Assembly: GCA_040901985.1 (NCBI GenBank)
Contig: JBBDYC010000019.1
Coordinates: 39,907-79,759, forward strand
DNA length: 39,853 nucleotides
Direction: 5' to 3'
DNA from: Gemmatimonadaceae bacterium
GTDB lineage: Bacteria > Gemmatimonadota > Gemmatimonadetes > Gemmatimonadales > Gemmatimonadaceae
Shown: one piece after another, positions 15,226-24,834 of the stretch
How the letters are laid out: every line of letters begins with the position of its first letter
How positions within the stretch are numbered: the first letter of the stretch is position 1
Translations under genes and position numbers: made by a program
The notes under the pieces: model-generated
The model's input: only the letters and a program-made list of their open reading frames with translations
The model's database searches: none
What the model was told of the DNA's origin: nothing

Positions 15226-16566
15226 ATGCACAAATTGGGGATCGTCGGGGTCTCCTGGCGGCACCGCGATGCGGAGACAATCGGTGCGCTGACGATCCCG
15301 CGCGCCGAACGCGCCGAGCGCCTGCCGCAACTCGCCGACGGCGCGGGCCTTCGCGAACTGGTCTACCTGGCGACCTGCAACCGCGTGGAGGTCGCCTTCG
15401 CGCTCGAGGGCGCCACGCCAATCACGGCCTGCCGCCAGCAGATCTTCGCCGCGCTGAGCGGACGCCAGCCGCAGGCGGGCGAGGCGGAGCACACGCTGCG
15501 GGTCTGGCAGGGCGAAGGCGCGGTCGAGCACCTCTTTCTCCTGGCCTCGGGGCTCGACTCGGCGCGGGTCGGCGAGCACGAGATTGCGCAGCAGGTGCAC
15601 GGCGCCTTCGAGGAGGCGCGCACGCTGGGACTGGTCGGCCGGCGGTTGGAGCCGATCTTCGGCGAGGCGTTCCGGCTGGCCAAACGTGTGCGCCCGCTGG
15701 CCGAGGGCCGCCGCGGTACGGTCTCGCTCGCTGATGTCGCGCTGCGGCACGTGGTGGACCGCGTGGATCGCACCGGAGGCGCGGTGGCGCTGGTGGGCGT
15801 CTCACGGATGACGGAACAGTGCGCGCGCGCCCTCGCGGCGCGTCGAATCCCGGTGATCATCGTGAACCGCACGCCGGAGACGGCGGCGGCGTTGGCGGCC
15901 GCGGTTGGGGGGGCGAGTCGGTCGCTGGCCGCGTTCCGCGAGGCGCCGGACGGGGTCGAGGCGGTGGTGCTGGCGACCGGCGCGCGCGAGCCGGTGCTCG
16001 GGCGCGCCGATCTTGAGCGGATCGCCGCGCGGTCGGCGTCGGGGGAGTCGCCGCTGATCGTGGACCTCGGTGTCCCGGCCAACGTGGCGCCGGAGGATGC
16101 AGCGGCGGCGGACGTACCGCGCCTGGGGATGGACGAGATCAGCGCCGAGGCGGCGGAGGAGCGCCGCGCCGTACTGGGCGAGCTCGGCGCCGCGCGCGCG
16201 CTGGTGGACGAGGCGTTGACGGACCTCCGGCGGCACACCGCCGAGCGACTCATCGGGCCGATGGTCGCGCAGTTGCGTCAGCGGTATCGGCACACCGCGC
16301 TTGAGGGCGTGGAACGACTCTTTGCGCGCGAGCTCGCCGGACTCGGCGCGTCCGAGCGCGAGGCCATCCGCCGTTGGGCGGAGACGCTCTCGCGGCGGCT
16401 GGCGCACGTGCCCGCGCTCGGGCTGCGCGACTTGGTCTTCCAGGTGGGGCCGACGGCGGTCGAGGCGTTCTTCGGGACCAGCGAACCGGAGCTGGCGCGG
16501 GAGATGCGCGAGGCGATGGAGCGCACCGACGTGGACCTCCTCGAGCCGGCGGCGGAGGACGCGTGA
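15226..16566 (+). CDS. hemA: Glutamyl-tRNA reductase
   Basis: LATCNRVE (catalytic Cys), HLFLLASGLDS, GEHEI..QV, AKRVR, IVNRT and VDLGVPANV; the Rossmann Gly motif is degenerate. Confidence 0.9.
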   Translation: MHKLGIVGVSWRHRDAETIGALTIPRAERAERLPQLADGAGLRELVYLATCNRVEVAFALEGATPITACRQQIFAALSGRQPQAGEAEHTLRVWQGEGAVEHLFLLASGLDSARVGEHEIAQQVHGAFEEARTLGLVGRRLEPIFGEAFRLAKRVRPLAEGRRGTVSLADVALRHVVDRVDRTGGAVALVGVSRMTEQCARALAARRIPVIIVNRTPETAAALAAAVGGASRSLAAFREAPDGVEAVVLATGAREPVLGRADLERIAARSASGESPLIVDLGVPANVAPEDAAAADVPRLGMDEISAEAAEERRAVLGELGAARALVDEALTDLRRHTAERLIGPMVAQLRQRYRHTALEGVERLFARELAGLGASEREAIRRWAETLSRRLAHVPALGLRDLVFQVGPTAVEAFFGTSEPELAREMREAMERTDVDLLEPAAEDA

Positions 16567-17489
16567 GAGTGCGGATCGGGACGCGCGGCTCGGCGCTCGC
16601 GCTCGCGCAGGCCACCGACGTGGCGCACCGGCTGGAGGCGTACGGGCACGCGACCGAGCTGGTCGTGCTCTCGACCGCCGGCGACCGGATGACCGATCGC
16701 GCCTTTGCCGACGTCGGGGCGTTCGGCATCTTCGTGCGCGAGATCGAGACGGCGTTGCTCGAGGGGCGCGTGGACGTGGCGGTACACTCGTACAAGGACC
16801 TGCCATCCACCGGGCCGGCCGGCTTGGTGGTGGCGGCGGTGCCGGAGCGCTTGGATGCCGCCGATGTCCTCCTGATGCACCCGAGTGCAATGACCGACGC
16901 GACGCCAATCCCGCTGCGCGACGGCGCGCGGGTGGGGACCTCGGCGGCGCGGCGCACGGCGCAACTGCGCGCCGCGCACCCGGGCCTTGAGATTGCACCG
17001 CTGCGCGGCAACGTGCCGACCCGGGTGCGCGCGCTCGTTGACGGCCGCTACGACGCCATCGTGATTGCTGCTGCGGGCTTGCTCCGGCTCGAGCGCGCGG
17101 CGGGCGCCGCCGCCGAGCCGCTCGTCCCGCCGACGTTGCGTCGGCGGCGGCTCGATCCGGCGCACTTCGTGCCTGCGCCGGCGCAGGGCGCGATCGCGGT
17201 GCAGGTGCGCGCCGACGACGCTGGCACCCGCGCTGCGGTTGCCGGCATTGACGACGCCACGAGCGCACGTGCGCTGCGCGCCGAGCGCGCCGCGCTCGCC
17301 CTCGCCGAGGGCGGGTGTACGCTTCCGTTCGGCGCCTGGTGTCGCGCCGCACCCGCAGGGGCGCTCCGGCTGACGGTCGCGCTGGGGCGGAGCGACGGCA
17401 CCATCGCACGCGCCGAACTGGAGGGCGACGACCCCGACGCACTCGCCGCGTCGGCGTGGCGGGCCATTGCCAGCGAGGCCTTGCTGTGA
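16563..17489 (+). CDS. hemC: Hydroxymethylbilane synthase (porphobilinogen deaminase)
   Basis: GTG overlaps the hemA stop; IGTRGSALALAQA, AVHSYKDLP, GTSAARR, LRGNVPTR, PAPAQGAIA and EGGC. Confidence 0.95.
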   Translation: MRVRIGTRGSALALAQATDVAHRLEAYGHATELVVLSTAGDRMTDRAFADVGAFGIFVREIETALLEGRVDVAVHSYKDLPSTGPAGLVVAAVPERLDAADVLLMHPSAMTDATPIPLRDGARVGTSAARRTAQLRAAHPGLEIAPLRGNVPTRVRALVDGRYDAIVIAAAGLLRLERAAGAAAEPLVPPTLRRRRLDPAHFVPAPAQGAIAVQVRADDAGTRAAVAGIDDATSARALRAERAALALAEGGCTLPFGAWCRAAPAGALRLTVALGRSDGTIARAELEGDDPDALAASAWRAIASEALL

Positions 17490-18262
17490 GCGGCGCCGGA
17501 ACGCTCCAGGGCCGGCGTGTCCTTGTCACCCGCGCGGCGGAGGACGCCGCCGAGTGGGCGGCACAGTTGTCGGCGATGGGTGCGGAGCCGGTCGTGCTTC
17601 CCTGCCTGATCACCGAGCGGCTTGACGACGACGCGACGCGGGCCGCGGTCGAGCGAGCGATCACGGTGGCCGACTGGCTCGTCGTGTCGTCGCCCCGGGG
17701 AGTCGCGGCGCTGGCGGCGCTGTACGCCGCCGCGCTACCGAGGCGCGTCTCGATCGCCGCCGTAGGGCCGGCGACGGCCCGCGCGTGCCGCGAGCGGCTC
17801 GGTCGCACCCCGGTCGTGCCCGCCGAGCACACGTCGGAGGGGCTCGGCTGGCACCTGGCGACGATTCTCGGGAGGACGAACACCGGGACGAAGCGTCAGG
17901 TGGTGTTCGTCGGCGCCGCCGACGGGCGCACCGACGCCGAGCCGGCGCTCACCGCCCAGGGCGCCGTGGTGACCCGCGTGGATCTCTACCGGACGATCCC
18001 CGTGCCGGTGGCAACGCCGAAGCGCGACCTCGCGGACGACGGCGTGGAGGATGTGTTGCTGGCGAGCCCGTCGGCGGCGCAGGGGCTCGTCAACTGTGCG
18101 GTGGTGCCGCGCACGGCCCGCGTCATCACGATCGGGCCGACGACCTCTGCGGCAGCGGTGGCAGCCGGGCTGCCGGTGAGCGCCGAGGCCGCGCGACCGA
18201 CCTTTCAGGCGATGCTCGACGTGATGCTCCAGGCGGTGCGATGCGCGACGTTCCGATCGTGA
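17486..18262 (+). CDS. hemD: Uroporphyrinogen-III synthase
   Basis: LQGRRVLVTRA, WLVVSSPRGV, AAVGPATA, LYRT, LASPSA and TIGPTT; position after hemC. Confidence 0.9.
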   Translation: MSGAGTLQGRRVLVTRAAEDAAEWAAQLSAMGAEPVVLPCLITERLDDDATRAAVERAITVADWLVVSSPRGVAALAALYAAALPRRVSIAAVGPATARACRERLGRTPVVPAEHTSEGLGWHLATILGRTNTGTKRQVVFVGAADGRTDAEPALTAQGAVVTRVDLYRTIPVPVATPKRDLADDGVEDVLLASPSAAQGLVNCAVVPRTARVITIGPTTSAAAVAAGLPVSAEAARPTFQAMLDVMLQAVRCATFRS

Positions 18263-19242
18263 CGCCGGGTCCGGTGCGTCCGCGGCGACTGCGCCGCGGC
18301 GCCGCGCTGCGCGACCTCGTCGCCGAGACCCGACTGCGGCCGGAGCAGTTGGTGATGCCGCACTTCGTGCTGCCGGCCGCGAAGGGCACGGAGCCGATCC
18401 CCTCGATGCCCGGCATCGCCCGGCTCGGCGTGGACGACCTCGTGCGCGCCGTCGAGGCGGACCGCACGCTCGGGATCCGGACGGTGTTGCTCTTCGGCGC
18501 GCCGCGCCCGGGCGCCAAGGATGCGGTGGGGAGCGAGAGCCACGCGAGCGACGGCGCGGTGCCGCAGGCGGTGCGCGCGCTGCGCCGCGCGCTCGGCGAC
18601 GACATCGTGATCACCACCGACGTCTGCCTCTGCGCCTACACCGACCACGGCCATTGCGGCGTGCTGGTGGATGGCGAGGTCCACAACGACCGGTCGTTGC
18701 GGCCGCTCGCCGAGATGGCGCTGGCGCACGCCGACGCCGGCGTGGACCTCGTGGCGCCGTCCGATATGATGGACGGCCGCGTGGCCGCGTTGCGCGGCGC
18801 GCTCGACTCGCGTGGGCACGAAGGGGTGGGGATCCTGTCGTATGCGGTGAAGTACGCCTCGGCGTACTACGGTCCGTTCCGCGACGCCGCCGGCTCGGCG
18901 CCGGGGCACGGCGACCGCCGCGGCTACCAGATGGACGCGCGCAATGCGGCGGAGGGCGTGCGCGAGGCGCTGCTCGACCAGGCCGAGGGCGCCGACATTG
19001 TGATGGTGAAGCCGGCGCTGGCCTACCTCGACGTGATCCGCCGCGTGAAGGACGCCTGCTCGCTGCCGCTCGCCGCCTACAACGTCTCGGGGGAATACTC
19101 GGCGGTGAAGGCGGCCGCCGAGCGCGGGTGGCTCGACGAGGCGCTGGTGGTGCGCGAGAACTTGCAGGCGATGGCGCGCGCCGGCGCCGACATCATCATC
19201 ACGTATCACGCGCGTGAGGCCCTGGCCAAGGGGTGGCTGTGA
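18241..19242 (+). CDS. hemB: Porphobilinogen synthase (Zn-type ALA dehydratase)
   Basis: RPRRLR, DVCLCAYTDHGHCG, APSDMMDGRV, YYGPFRDA, MVKPA and YNVSGEY. Confidence 0.97.
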   Translation: MRDVPIVTPGPVRPRRLRRGAALRDLVAETRLRPEQLVMPHFVLPAAKGTEPIPSMPGIARLGVDDLVRAVEADRTLGIRTVLLFGAPRPGAKDAVGSESHASDGAVPQAVRALRRALGDDIVITTDVCLCAYTDHGHCGVLVDGEVHNDRSLRPLAEMALAHADAGVDLVAPSDMMDGRVAALRGALDSRGHEGVGILSYAVKYASAYYGPFRDAAGSAPGHGDRRGYQMDARNAAEGVREALLDQAEGADIVMVKPALAYLDVIRRVKDACSLPLAAYNVSGEYSAVKAAAERGWLDEALVVRENLQAMARAGADIIITYHAREALAKGWL

Positions 19243-20546
19243 CCGCCGGCCCGATGTCGCGCGCCTGGATGGAACGCGCGATGCGAGTGATTCCCGGCGG
19301 CGTGAGCTCCCCGGTGCGGGCATTCCGCGCGGTGGGCGGGACCCCGATCGTCGTGCGATCGGGTCAGGGCGCGGACCTCGAGGACGTGGACGGGAAGCGC
19401 TACGCCGACTTCGTCTGTTCGTGGGGACCGCTGATCCTCGGGCACGCGCACCCCGAGGTGCAGCAGGCGATTTGCGACGCGGCGGTGCGCGGCACCAGCT
19501 TCGGCGCGCCCTGCGAGCCGGAGATCGAGCTGGCGGAGTGGCTGGTGGCGGCGTACCCGGGCCTCGAGCAGGTACGGTTTGTGTCGTCGGGGACCGAGGC
19601 GGTGATGAGCGCCATTCGCCTGGCCCGCGGCGCCACCGGGCGCGACCGGATCGTGAAGTTCTCCGGCTGCTACCACGGTCACGCCGACCATCTCCTCGTC
19701 TCGGCCGGGTCGGGACTGGTGACGTTCGGGCGCGCCTCGTCGGCCGGGGTGCCGGAGGCGTTCACCCGCGAGACGACCGTGCTTCCGCTCGACGACGAGC
19801 AGCGGCTCACCGAGTTGCTGCGCGCCGAGGGTGACCGGATCGCCGCGGTGATCATCGAGCCGGTGCCGGCGAACAACGGCCTGCTCCTGCAGCGGCCGGA
19901 ATTTCTCGCCACATTGCGTCGGGAGACGCAGCGCGCGGGGACGCTGTTGATCTTTGACGAGGTGATCTCCGGCTTCCGGCTCGCCAAGGGGGGCGCGGCG
20001 GCGCTGCTCGGGATCACGCCGGACCTGGCGACCTTCGGCAAGGTGATCGGCGGCGGCTTGCCGGTGGGCGCGTTCGGTGGACGCCGTGAGCTGATGCGGC
20101 ACCTCGCACCGGAAGGGCCGGTGTATCAGGCGGGGACACTCTCGGGGAATGCGATTGCGATGACGGCGGGACTGACCACGTTGCGGGTGCTCGAGCGCGA
20201 GGACGGGTGGACGCGGCTCGAGGCGACCGGACGCGCGCTCGAGGCGCTGTTGGCTCCGGTGCTGGCCGGGCAAAACGCGGCGACTCCGGCGCAATTGGTG
20301 CGGTGCGGTTCGCTTTTCTGGCTCGCGTTGCAGTCGGGGGCGGCGCCGCGCTCGGCGGAGGCGATTGACCCCGGCGCGTCGGCCCGCTACGCGCCGCTCT
20401 TCCACGCGCTCCTCGCCGGCGGCGTGGCGCTCGCGCCCTCAGCATACGAGGCGGGATTCCTCTCGCTGGCGCACGAGACCCGACACCTCACGCGGCTGCG
20501 CGATGCGCTCGCCCGGGCGCTTGCCGCGCCGGGGGCTTCGCAATGA
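19239..20546 (+). CDS. hemL: Glutamate-1-semialdehyde 2,1-aminomutase
   Basis: PGGVSSPVRAF, SWGPLILGH, SSGTEA, GCYHGH, FDEVISGFR, TFGKVIGGGLP and YQAGTLSGN. Confidence 0.96.
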   Translation: MTAGPMSRAWMERAMRVIPGGVSSPVRAFRAVGGTPIVVRSGQGADLEDVDGKRYADFVCSWGPLILGHAHPEVQQAICDAAVRGTSFGAPCEPEIELAEWLVAAYPGLEQVRFVSSGTEAVMSAIRLARGATGRDRIVKFSGCYHGHADHLLVSAGSGLVTFGRASSAGVPEAFTRETTVLPLDDEQRLTELLRAEGDRIAAVIIEPVPANNGLLLQRPEFLATLRRETQRAGTLLIFDEVISGFRLAKGGAAALLGITPDLATFGKVIGGGLPVGAFGGRRELMRHLAPEGPVYQAGTLSGNAIAMTAGLTTLRVLEREDGWTRLEATGRALEALLAPVLAGQNAATPAQLVRCGSLFWLALQSGAAPRSAEAIDPGASARYAPLFHALLAGGVALAPSAYEAGFLSLAHETRHLTRLRDALARALAAPGASQ

Positions 20547-21643
20547 GCTGGCGCACCAGTCTCCGGCGCACGCGGACGGTGCAGGTGGGCTTCCTCGTGC
20601 TCCTCGCCGTGTGTAGCGCGCAGCTCGGCTACTGGCTCATTGACGAGTGGTACTACACGGCGGGCGTGGTGGCCCAGCGTAAGGCCGCGTTCGACTCGCA
20701 GGTGGCATCGGCGGCGGCGCTGCTCAGCGCGGGCGTGGACCGGGGCACCGTGGCCGGGATGTATCCGAGTCTCGTCGTCACCGGCAATCCGGCGGAGGTG
20801 CGCGTCGCGCCGGAAGCGATTGCCGCGGTGACCGACGCGCGCTTCCGGCGGCTCAACCGCTACGCGTGGGAAGGCGCCTTCTTCCTCGCCGTGCTCCTCG
20901 CGGCGATGGCCATCGTGTATCGCGCCGTGCGCGAGGAGGCGAATCTCCGTCGCCGGCAGGACGACTTCCTCGCCACGGTGTCGCACGAGTTGCAGAGCCC
21001 ACTGGCGAGCATGCGGCTCTCGGCGGAGACGCTGGCGATGCGCGACCCGCCGCCGGCGCGGCGCACCGAACTGATCGAGCGGCTCCTGTCCGACCTCGGG
21101 CGCCTCCAGCGCGTGATCGCCAACATCCTCGACGCCTCGCGACTCGCCGTCGCGCTGCCGCGCGCGGAGCCGCAGACGCTGGAACTCGGCGAGGAGGTAC
21201 GGGCCGTCCTCGGCGAGCTGGCCGACGTCGCGCGCGAGAAGGCAATCACCGTCACGACCGAGGTGGGCGGCACGGCGCTGATGAAGGCCGACCGCCAGGG
21301 CGTGCAGACGGTGATCCGGAACCTGATGCACAACGCGATCAAGGCGTCGAGCGTCGGCGGCGGCGTGCACGTCGCGGTGCGGCCGGAAAATGGCCAGGCG
21401 CACCTCGTGGTCAGCGACGAGGGGATGGGCTTTGCGCCCAAGGAAGCGGGGCGCCTCTTTGAGAAGTTCGTCCGCGTGGAGGACGAGCGGCACGCCATCA
21501 GCGGCGGGACGGGCCTCGGCCTCTACATCGTGCGGCGATGCGTGGAATTGGACCACGGCAGCGTCCGGGCGGAGAGCGGCGGCGTCGGGCGCGGCGCCCG
21601 CTTCACGGTCACCTGGCCCACCGTGGACGAGGCCGGCTCGTGA
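20543..21643 (+). CDS. Membrane sensor histidine kinase (HisKA/HATPase)
   Basis: Two TM helices flank an extracytoplasmic loop of about 75 aa; H-box VSHELQSPL; N-box NLMHNAIK; DEGMG, LFEKF and GTGLGL. Confidence 0.93.
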   Translation: MSWRTSLRRTRTVQVGFLVLLAVCSAQLGYWLIDEWYYTAGVVAQRKAAFDSQVASAAALLSAGVDRGTVAGMYPSLVVTGNPAEVRVAPEAIAAVTDARFRRLNRYAWEGAFFLAVLLAAMAIVYRAVREEANLRRRQDDFLATVSHELQSPLASMRLSAETLAMRDPPPARRTELIERLLSDLGRLQRVIANILDASRLAVALPRAEPQTLELGEEVRAVLGELADVAREKAITVTTEVGGTALMKADRQGVQTVIRNLMHNAIKASSVGGGVHVAVRPENGQAHLVVSDEGMGFAPKEAGRLFEKFVRVEDERHAISGGTGLGLYIVRRCVELDHGSVRAESGGVGRGARFTVTWPTVDEAGS

Positions 21644-22359
21644 ACGCCACGCCGTCGCGCGTGCTGTTGGTGGAGGACGAGGTGAATCTCGCCCGCGGGA
21701 TCCGCGAGAATCTCGAGGCGGAGGGGCATCAGGTGGAGGTCGTCGGCGACGGGCGCGTGGCGCTCGACCGGATCCGCCGCCAGGAGTATGGCCTGGTGAT
21801 CATGGACGTGATGTTGCCGGGGATGGACGGCTTCACGGTCTGCCAGACGGCGCGGAAGGAAGGGCGCGACACGCCGGTGCTCTTTTTGACCGCCAAGGGC
21901 GGTACCGGCGACCGGATCCGCGGCCTCGAGGCGGGCGGCGACGACTACCTGATGAAGCCGTTCCACTTGCGCGAACTGCTGCTGCGCGTCGCGGCAATCC
22001 TGCGCCGCCGCACGCGCTACGATGCGCTGACCTCGCTCGAGCCGGTGGTGCGGTTCGGCGACAACGAGTTTGACTTCCGCAGTTTTCGCGGGCGCTCGTT
22101 CGACGGCGCCGACCAGGTCCTGACCCAGAAGGAAGCGATGATCCTCAAGGTATTGGTCGAGCGGGACGGCGAGGTTGTGTGGCGCGAGGAGATCCTCGAC
22201 AAGGTCTGGGGCGACGACGTGCTGCCCTCGTCGCGGACGATTGACAACTTCATCGTGCGTCTGCGGAAGCGCTTCGAGCCCGACCCTGAGAAGCCGCGCT
22301 ACTTCCATACGGTGCGCGGGATCGGTTACCGCTTTGCCGCCAGCGGGGAGGGGTCGTGA
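21640..22359 (+). CDS. OmpR/PhoB-family response regulator
   Basis: VLLVEDE, MDVMLPGMDG, FLTAK, GGDDYLMKPF; winged helix SRTIDNFIVRLRKRFE...HTVRGIGYRF. Confidence 0.95.
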   Translation: MNATPSRVLLVEDEVNLARGIRENLEAEGHQVEVVGDGRVALDRIRRQEYGLVIMDVMLPGMDGFTVCQTARKEGRDTPVLFLTAKGGTGDRIRGLEAGGDDYLMKPFHLRELLLRVAAILRRRTRYDALTSLEPVVRFGDNEFDFRSFRGRSFDGADQVLTQKEAMILKVLVERDGEVVWREEILDKVWGDDVLPSSRTIDNFIVRLRKRFEPDPEKPRYFHTVRGIGYRFAASGEGS

Positions 22360-23405
22360 ACGACCGCCTCCTCCGCGCCCTGCGTGGCGAGCCGACCGAC
22401 CGGCGCCCGATCTGGGTGATGCGTCAGGCCGGCCGGTACCTGCCGGAGTATCGCGCGCTGCGCGAGCGGTACCGGTTCGAGGACCTGGCGGGGAATGCCG
22501 CGCTCGCCGCCGAGGTGACGCTGCAGCCGTTGGCGCGCTTTTCGCTCGATGCGGCGATCATCTTTGCCGACCTGATGAGTCCGGTCGGCGCGCTCGGGCT
22601 CTCGGTCCGGTTCGATCCGGGCCCGGTGCTCGCGCATCCGGTGCGCACCGCCGCCGACGTGGACGCGCTGCTCGACCCAGAGCCAGAACGGATCGCGCCG
22701 GAGGTGATCGAGGCGCTGACCATCGTGAAACGCGAACTCGCGGGACGCCAGGCGCTGCTTGGGTTCGCCGGCGCGCCGTGGTCGCTGGCGGCCTACCTGG
22801 TGCAGGGACGCGGACAGCCCGGTTTTCCGGCACTCCGCGCGCTGGCGGCGGGCGATCCCGGCCTCGTGCGCGCGCTCCTCGACCGCCTGACCACGCTGGC
22901 AATCCGCTACGTGACGGCGCAGGTGCGCGCCGGTGCCGACGCAGTCCAGCTCTTCGATACCTGGGCCGGCGTCCTCTCGCTCGACCAGTGGACGCGCCTC
23001 GTGCGGCCGCACCTGGTGCGATTTCTCGACGCGACGCGGGAGCTGGGCGCGCCGCGGATTCTCTTCGTGCAGGACGCCCCGCATCTGGTGGACGCCTATG
23101 CCGCGCTGGCCGCCGAGGCGCTGGCGGTGGATTGGCGCGAGGACCTTGGCGCGCTGCGCGCGCGGCTCGGGCCGGGCAAGGCGCTCCAGGGCAATCTCGA
23201 TCCGGCAATCCTCCTCGCCGGCCCCGATGCGACGCGCACGGCGGCGCGCGCGTTGCTGGCAAGGGTGCCGGCGCGCGGGCACATCGTGAACCTCGGCCAC
23301 GGCATCCTGCCCGAGACGCCGATCGAAAGCGTGCACGCGCTGGTCGAGGTCGTCCACGCCGAACGCATCCCGGCCGGTGTTGCGCCGGCTGAGGTCGCGG
23401 GATGA
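22356..23405 (+). CDS. hemE: Uroporphyrinogen decarboxylase
   Basis: PIWVMRQAGRYLPEY, DAAIIFAD, GFAGAPW, QLFDTW, QGNLDP and NLGHGI. Confidence 0.97.
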   Translation: MNDRLLRALRGEPTDRRPIWVMRQAGRYLPEYRALRERYRFEDLAGNAALAAEVTLQPLARFSLDAAIIFADLMSPVGALGLSVRFDPGPVLAHPVRTAADVDALLDPEPERIAPEVIEALTIVKRELAGRQALLGFAGAPWSLAAYLVQGRGQPGFPALRALAAGDPGLVRALLDRLTTLAIRYVTAQVRAGADAVQLFDTWAGVLSLDQWTRLVRPHLVRFLDATRELGAPRILFVQDAPHLVDAYAALAAEALAVDWREDLGALRARLGPGKALQGNLDPAILLAGPDATRTAARALLARVPARGHIVNLGHGILPETPIESVHALVEVVHAERIPAGVAPAEVAG

Positions 23406-24832
23406 CCGGAGCACCGTCAGGCGAGCGGATGGACCCGGCGCGCCCGGTCGGGCGCGAGGTCACCGCCGAGCTACTCGCCCGGTACGACCAGGCCGGGCCG
23501 CGCTACACGAGCTATCCGACCGCCGTCGAGTTCCACGACGGGGTGACGGTCGCCGACTACGAGGAGCGTCTCGCCGCCGCCGACCGACTGGGGGACGCAC
23601 CGCTCTCGCTCTACCTGCACCTGCCGTTCTGCGAGGAGCGATGCCTCTTTTGCGGCTGCCACGTGATTGTCACGCGGCACCGCGAGGTTGCGGCGCCGTA
23701 TCTCGAGTCACTCAAGCGCGAGATCACGCTTGTGGCGCAGCGACTGCCGCACCGGCGGCACTTCGCCCAACTCCACCTCGGTGGCGGCACGCCGACGTAC
23801 TACACGCCCGCCCAGCTGACCGGGCTGATGGGGCACGTCCTGAAGGAATTCCAACCGCTCCCCGGCGCCGAACTGGCGCTCGAGGCGGATCCACGCGTGA
23901 CGTCGGCGGCGCACATTGACGCCCTCGCCGACCTCGGGTTCAATCGAATCTCCTTCGGCGTGCAGGACCTCACGCCGGCGGTGCAGGAGGCGATCAACCG
24001 CGTGCAGTCGCTGGAGCAGACGGCCGCACTGGTGGAGCACGCGCGGCGTCGTGGATTCCGCGGAATCAACGTGGACCTCATCTACGGGCTCCCGCTGCAG
24101 ACGCCGGAGACGTTCGAGCGCACGGTGGACGCGGTGGTGTCGCTGCGGCCCGACCGCGTGGCGGTCTATTCGTTTGCCTTCGTGCCGTGGGTCCGCGGGC
24201 ATCAGAAGAAACTCGAGGAAGACCAGCTCCCCGACGCCGAGACCAAGCTGGCGCTCTTTGCGATCGCGCGCGAGAAGTTCCTGCGCGCCGGGTACGAGCC
24301 GATCGGGATGGACCACTTTGCCCTGGGCGACGACGACCTCTCGCTCGCGAAGCACGCCGGTCGGCTGCGCCGGAACTTCCAGGGGTATGCGGTGATTCCC
24401 GGCGACGACGTGCTCGGGTTCGGCATCTCGGCGATCGGCGACGTGCGCGGCGCCTACGTGCAGAACGAGAAGAAGCTCTCGACGTACGAGGAGCGGATCG
24501 CCCGCGACGAGCTCCCCGTGTCGCGCGGCGTGGCGCGGTCGGACGACGACGAGGTGCGGCGCGCCGTCATCCACGAGCTGATGTGCAACTTCCGCGTGGA
24601 CATCGCCGCGGTCGAGCGGCGGTACGACATCGTCTTCGCCGAGTACTTTGCCGAGGATCTCGCGCTCCTCGCCGCACACGTGGACGGCGGGCTGGTGCGC
24701 GTGGACGCCGGCCGCATCGAGGCCACGCCGACCGGCGAGCTCTTTGTCCGCAACCTGGCAATGTGCTTTGACCGGTACCAGCGCGAGCGGCACGCCGCGG
24801 AGGCGCGGCCGGTGTTCAGCCGGACGGTCTGA
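23402..24832 (+). CDS. hemN: Oxygen-independent coproporphyrinogen III oxidase (radical SAM; CgdH)
   Basis: GPRYTSYPT, HLPFCEERCLFCGC (CxxxCxxC), GGGTPT, GMDHFA and RNFQGY; these point to true HemN rather than HemW. Confidence 0.95.
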   Translation: MTGAPSGERMDPARPVGREVTAELLARYDQAGPRYTSYPTAVEFHDGVTVADYEERLAAADRLGDAPLSLYLHLPFCEERCLFCGCHVIVTRHREVAAPYLESLKREITLVAQRLPHRRHFAQLHLGGGTPTYYTPAQLTGLMGHVLKEFQPLPGAELALEADPRVTSAAHIDALADLGFNRISFGVQDLTPAVQEAINRVQSLEQTAALVEHARRRGFRGINVDLIYGLPLQTPETFERTVDAVVSLRPDRVAVYSFAFVPWVRGHQKKLEEDQLPDAETKLALFAIAREKFLRAGYEPIGMDHFALGDDDLSLAKHAGRLRRNFQGYAVIPGDDVLGFGISAIGDVRGAYVQNEKKLSTYEERIARDELPVSRGVARSDDDEVRRAVIHELMCNFRVDIAAVERRYDIVFAEYFAEDLALLAAHVDGGLVRVDAGRIEATPTGELFVRNLAMCFDRYQRERHAAEARPVFSRTV

Positions 24833-24834
24833 CG

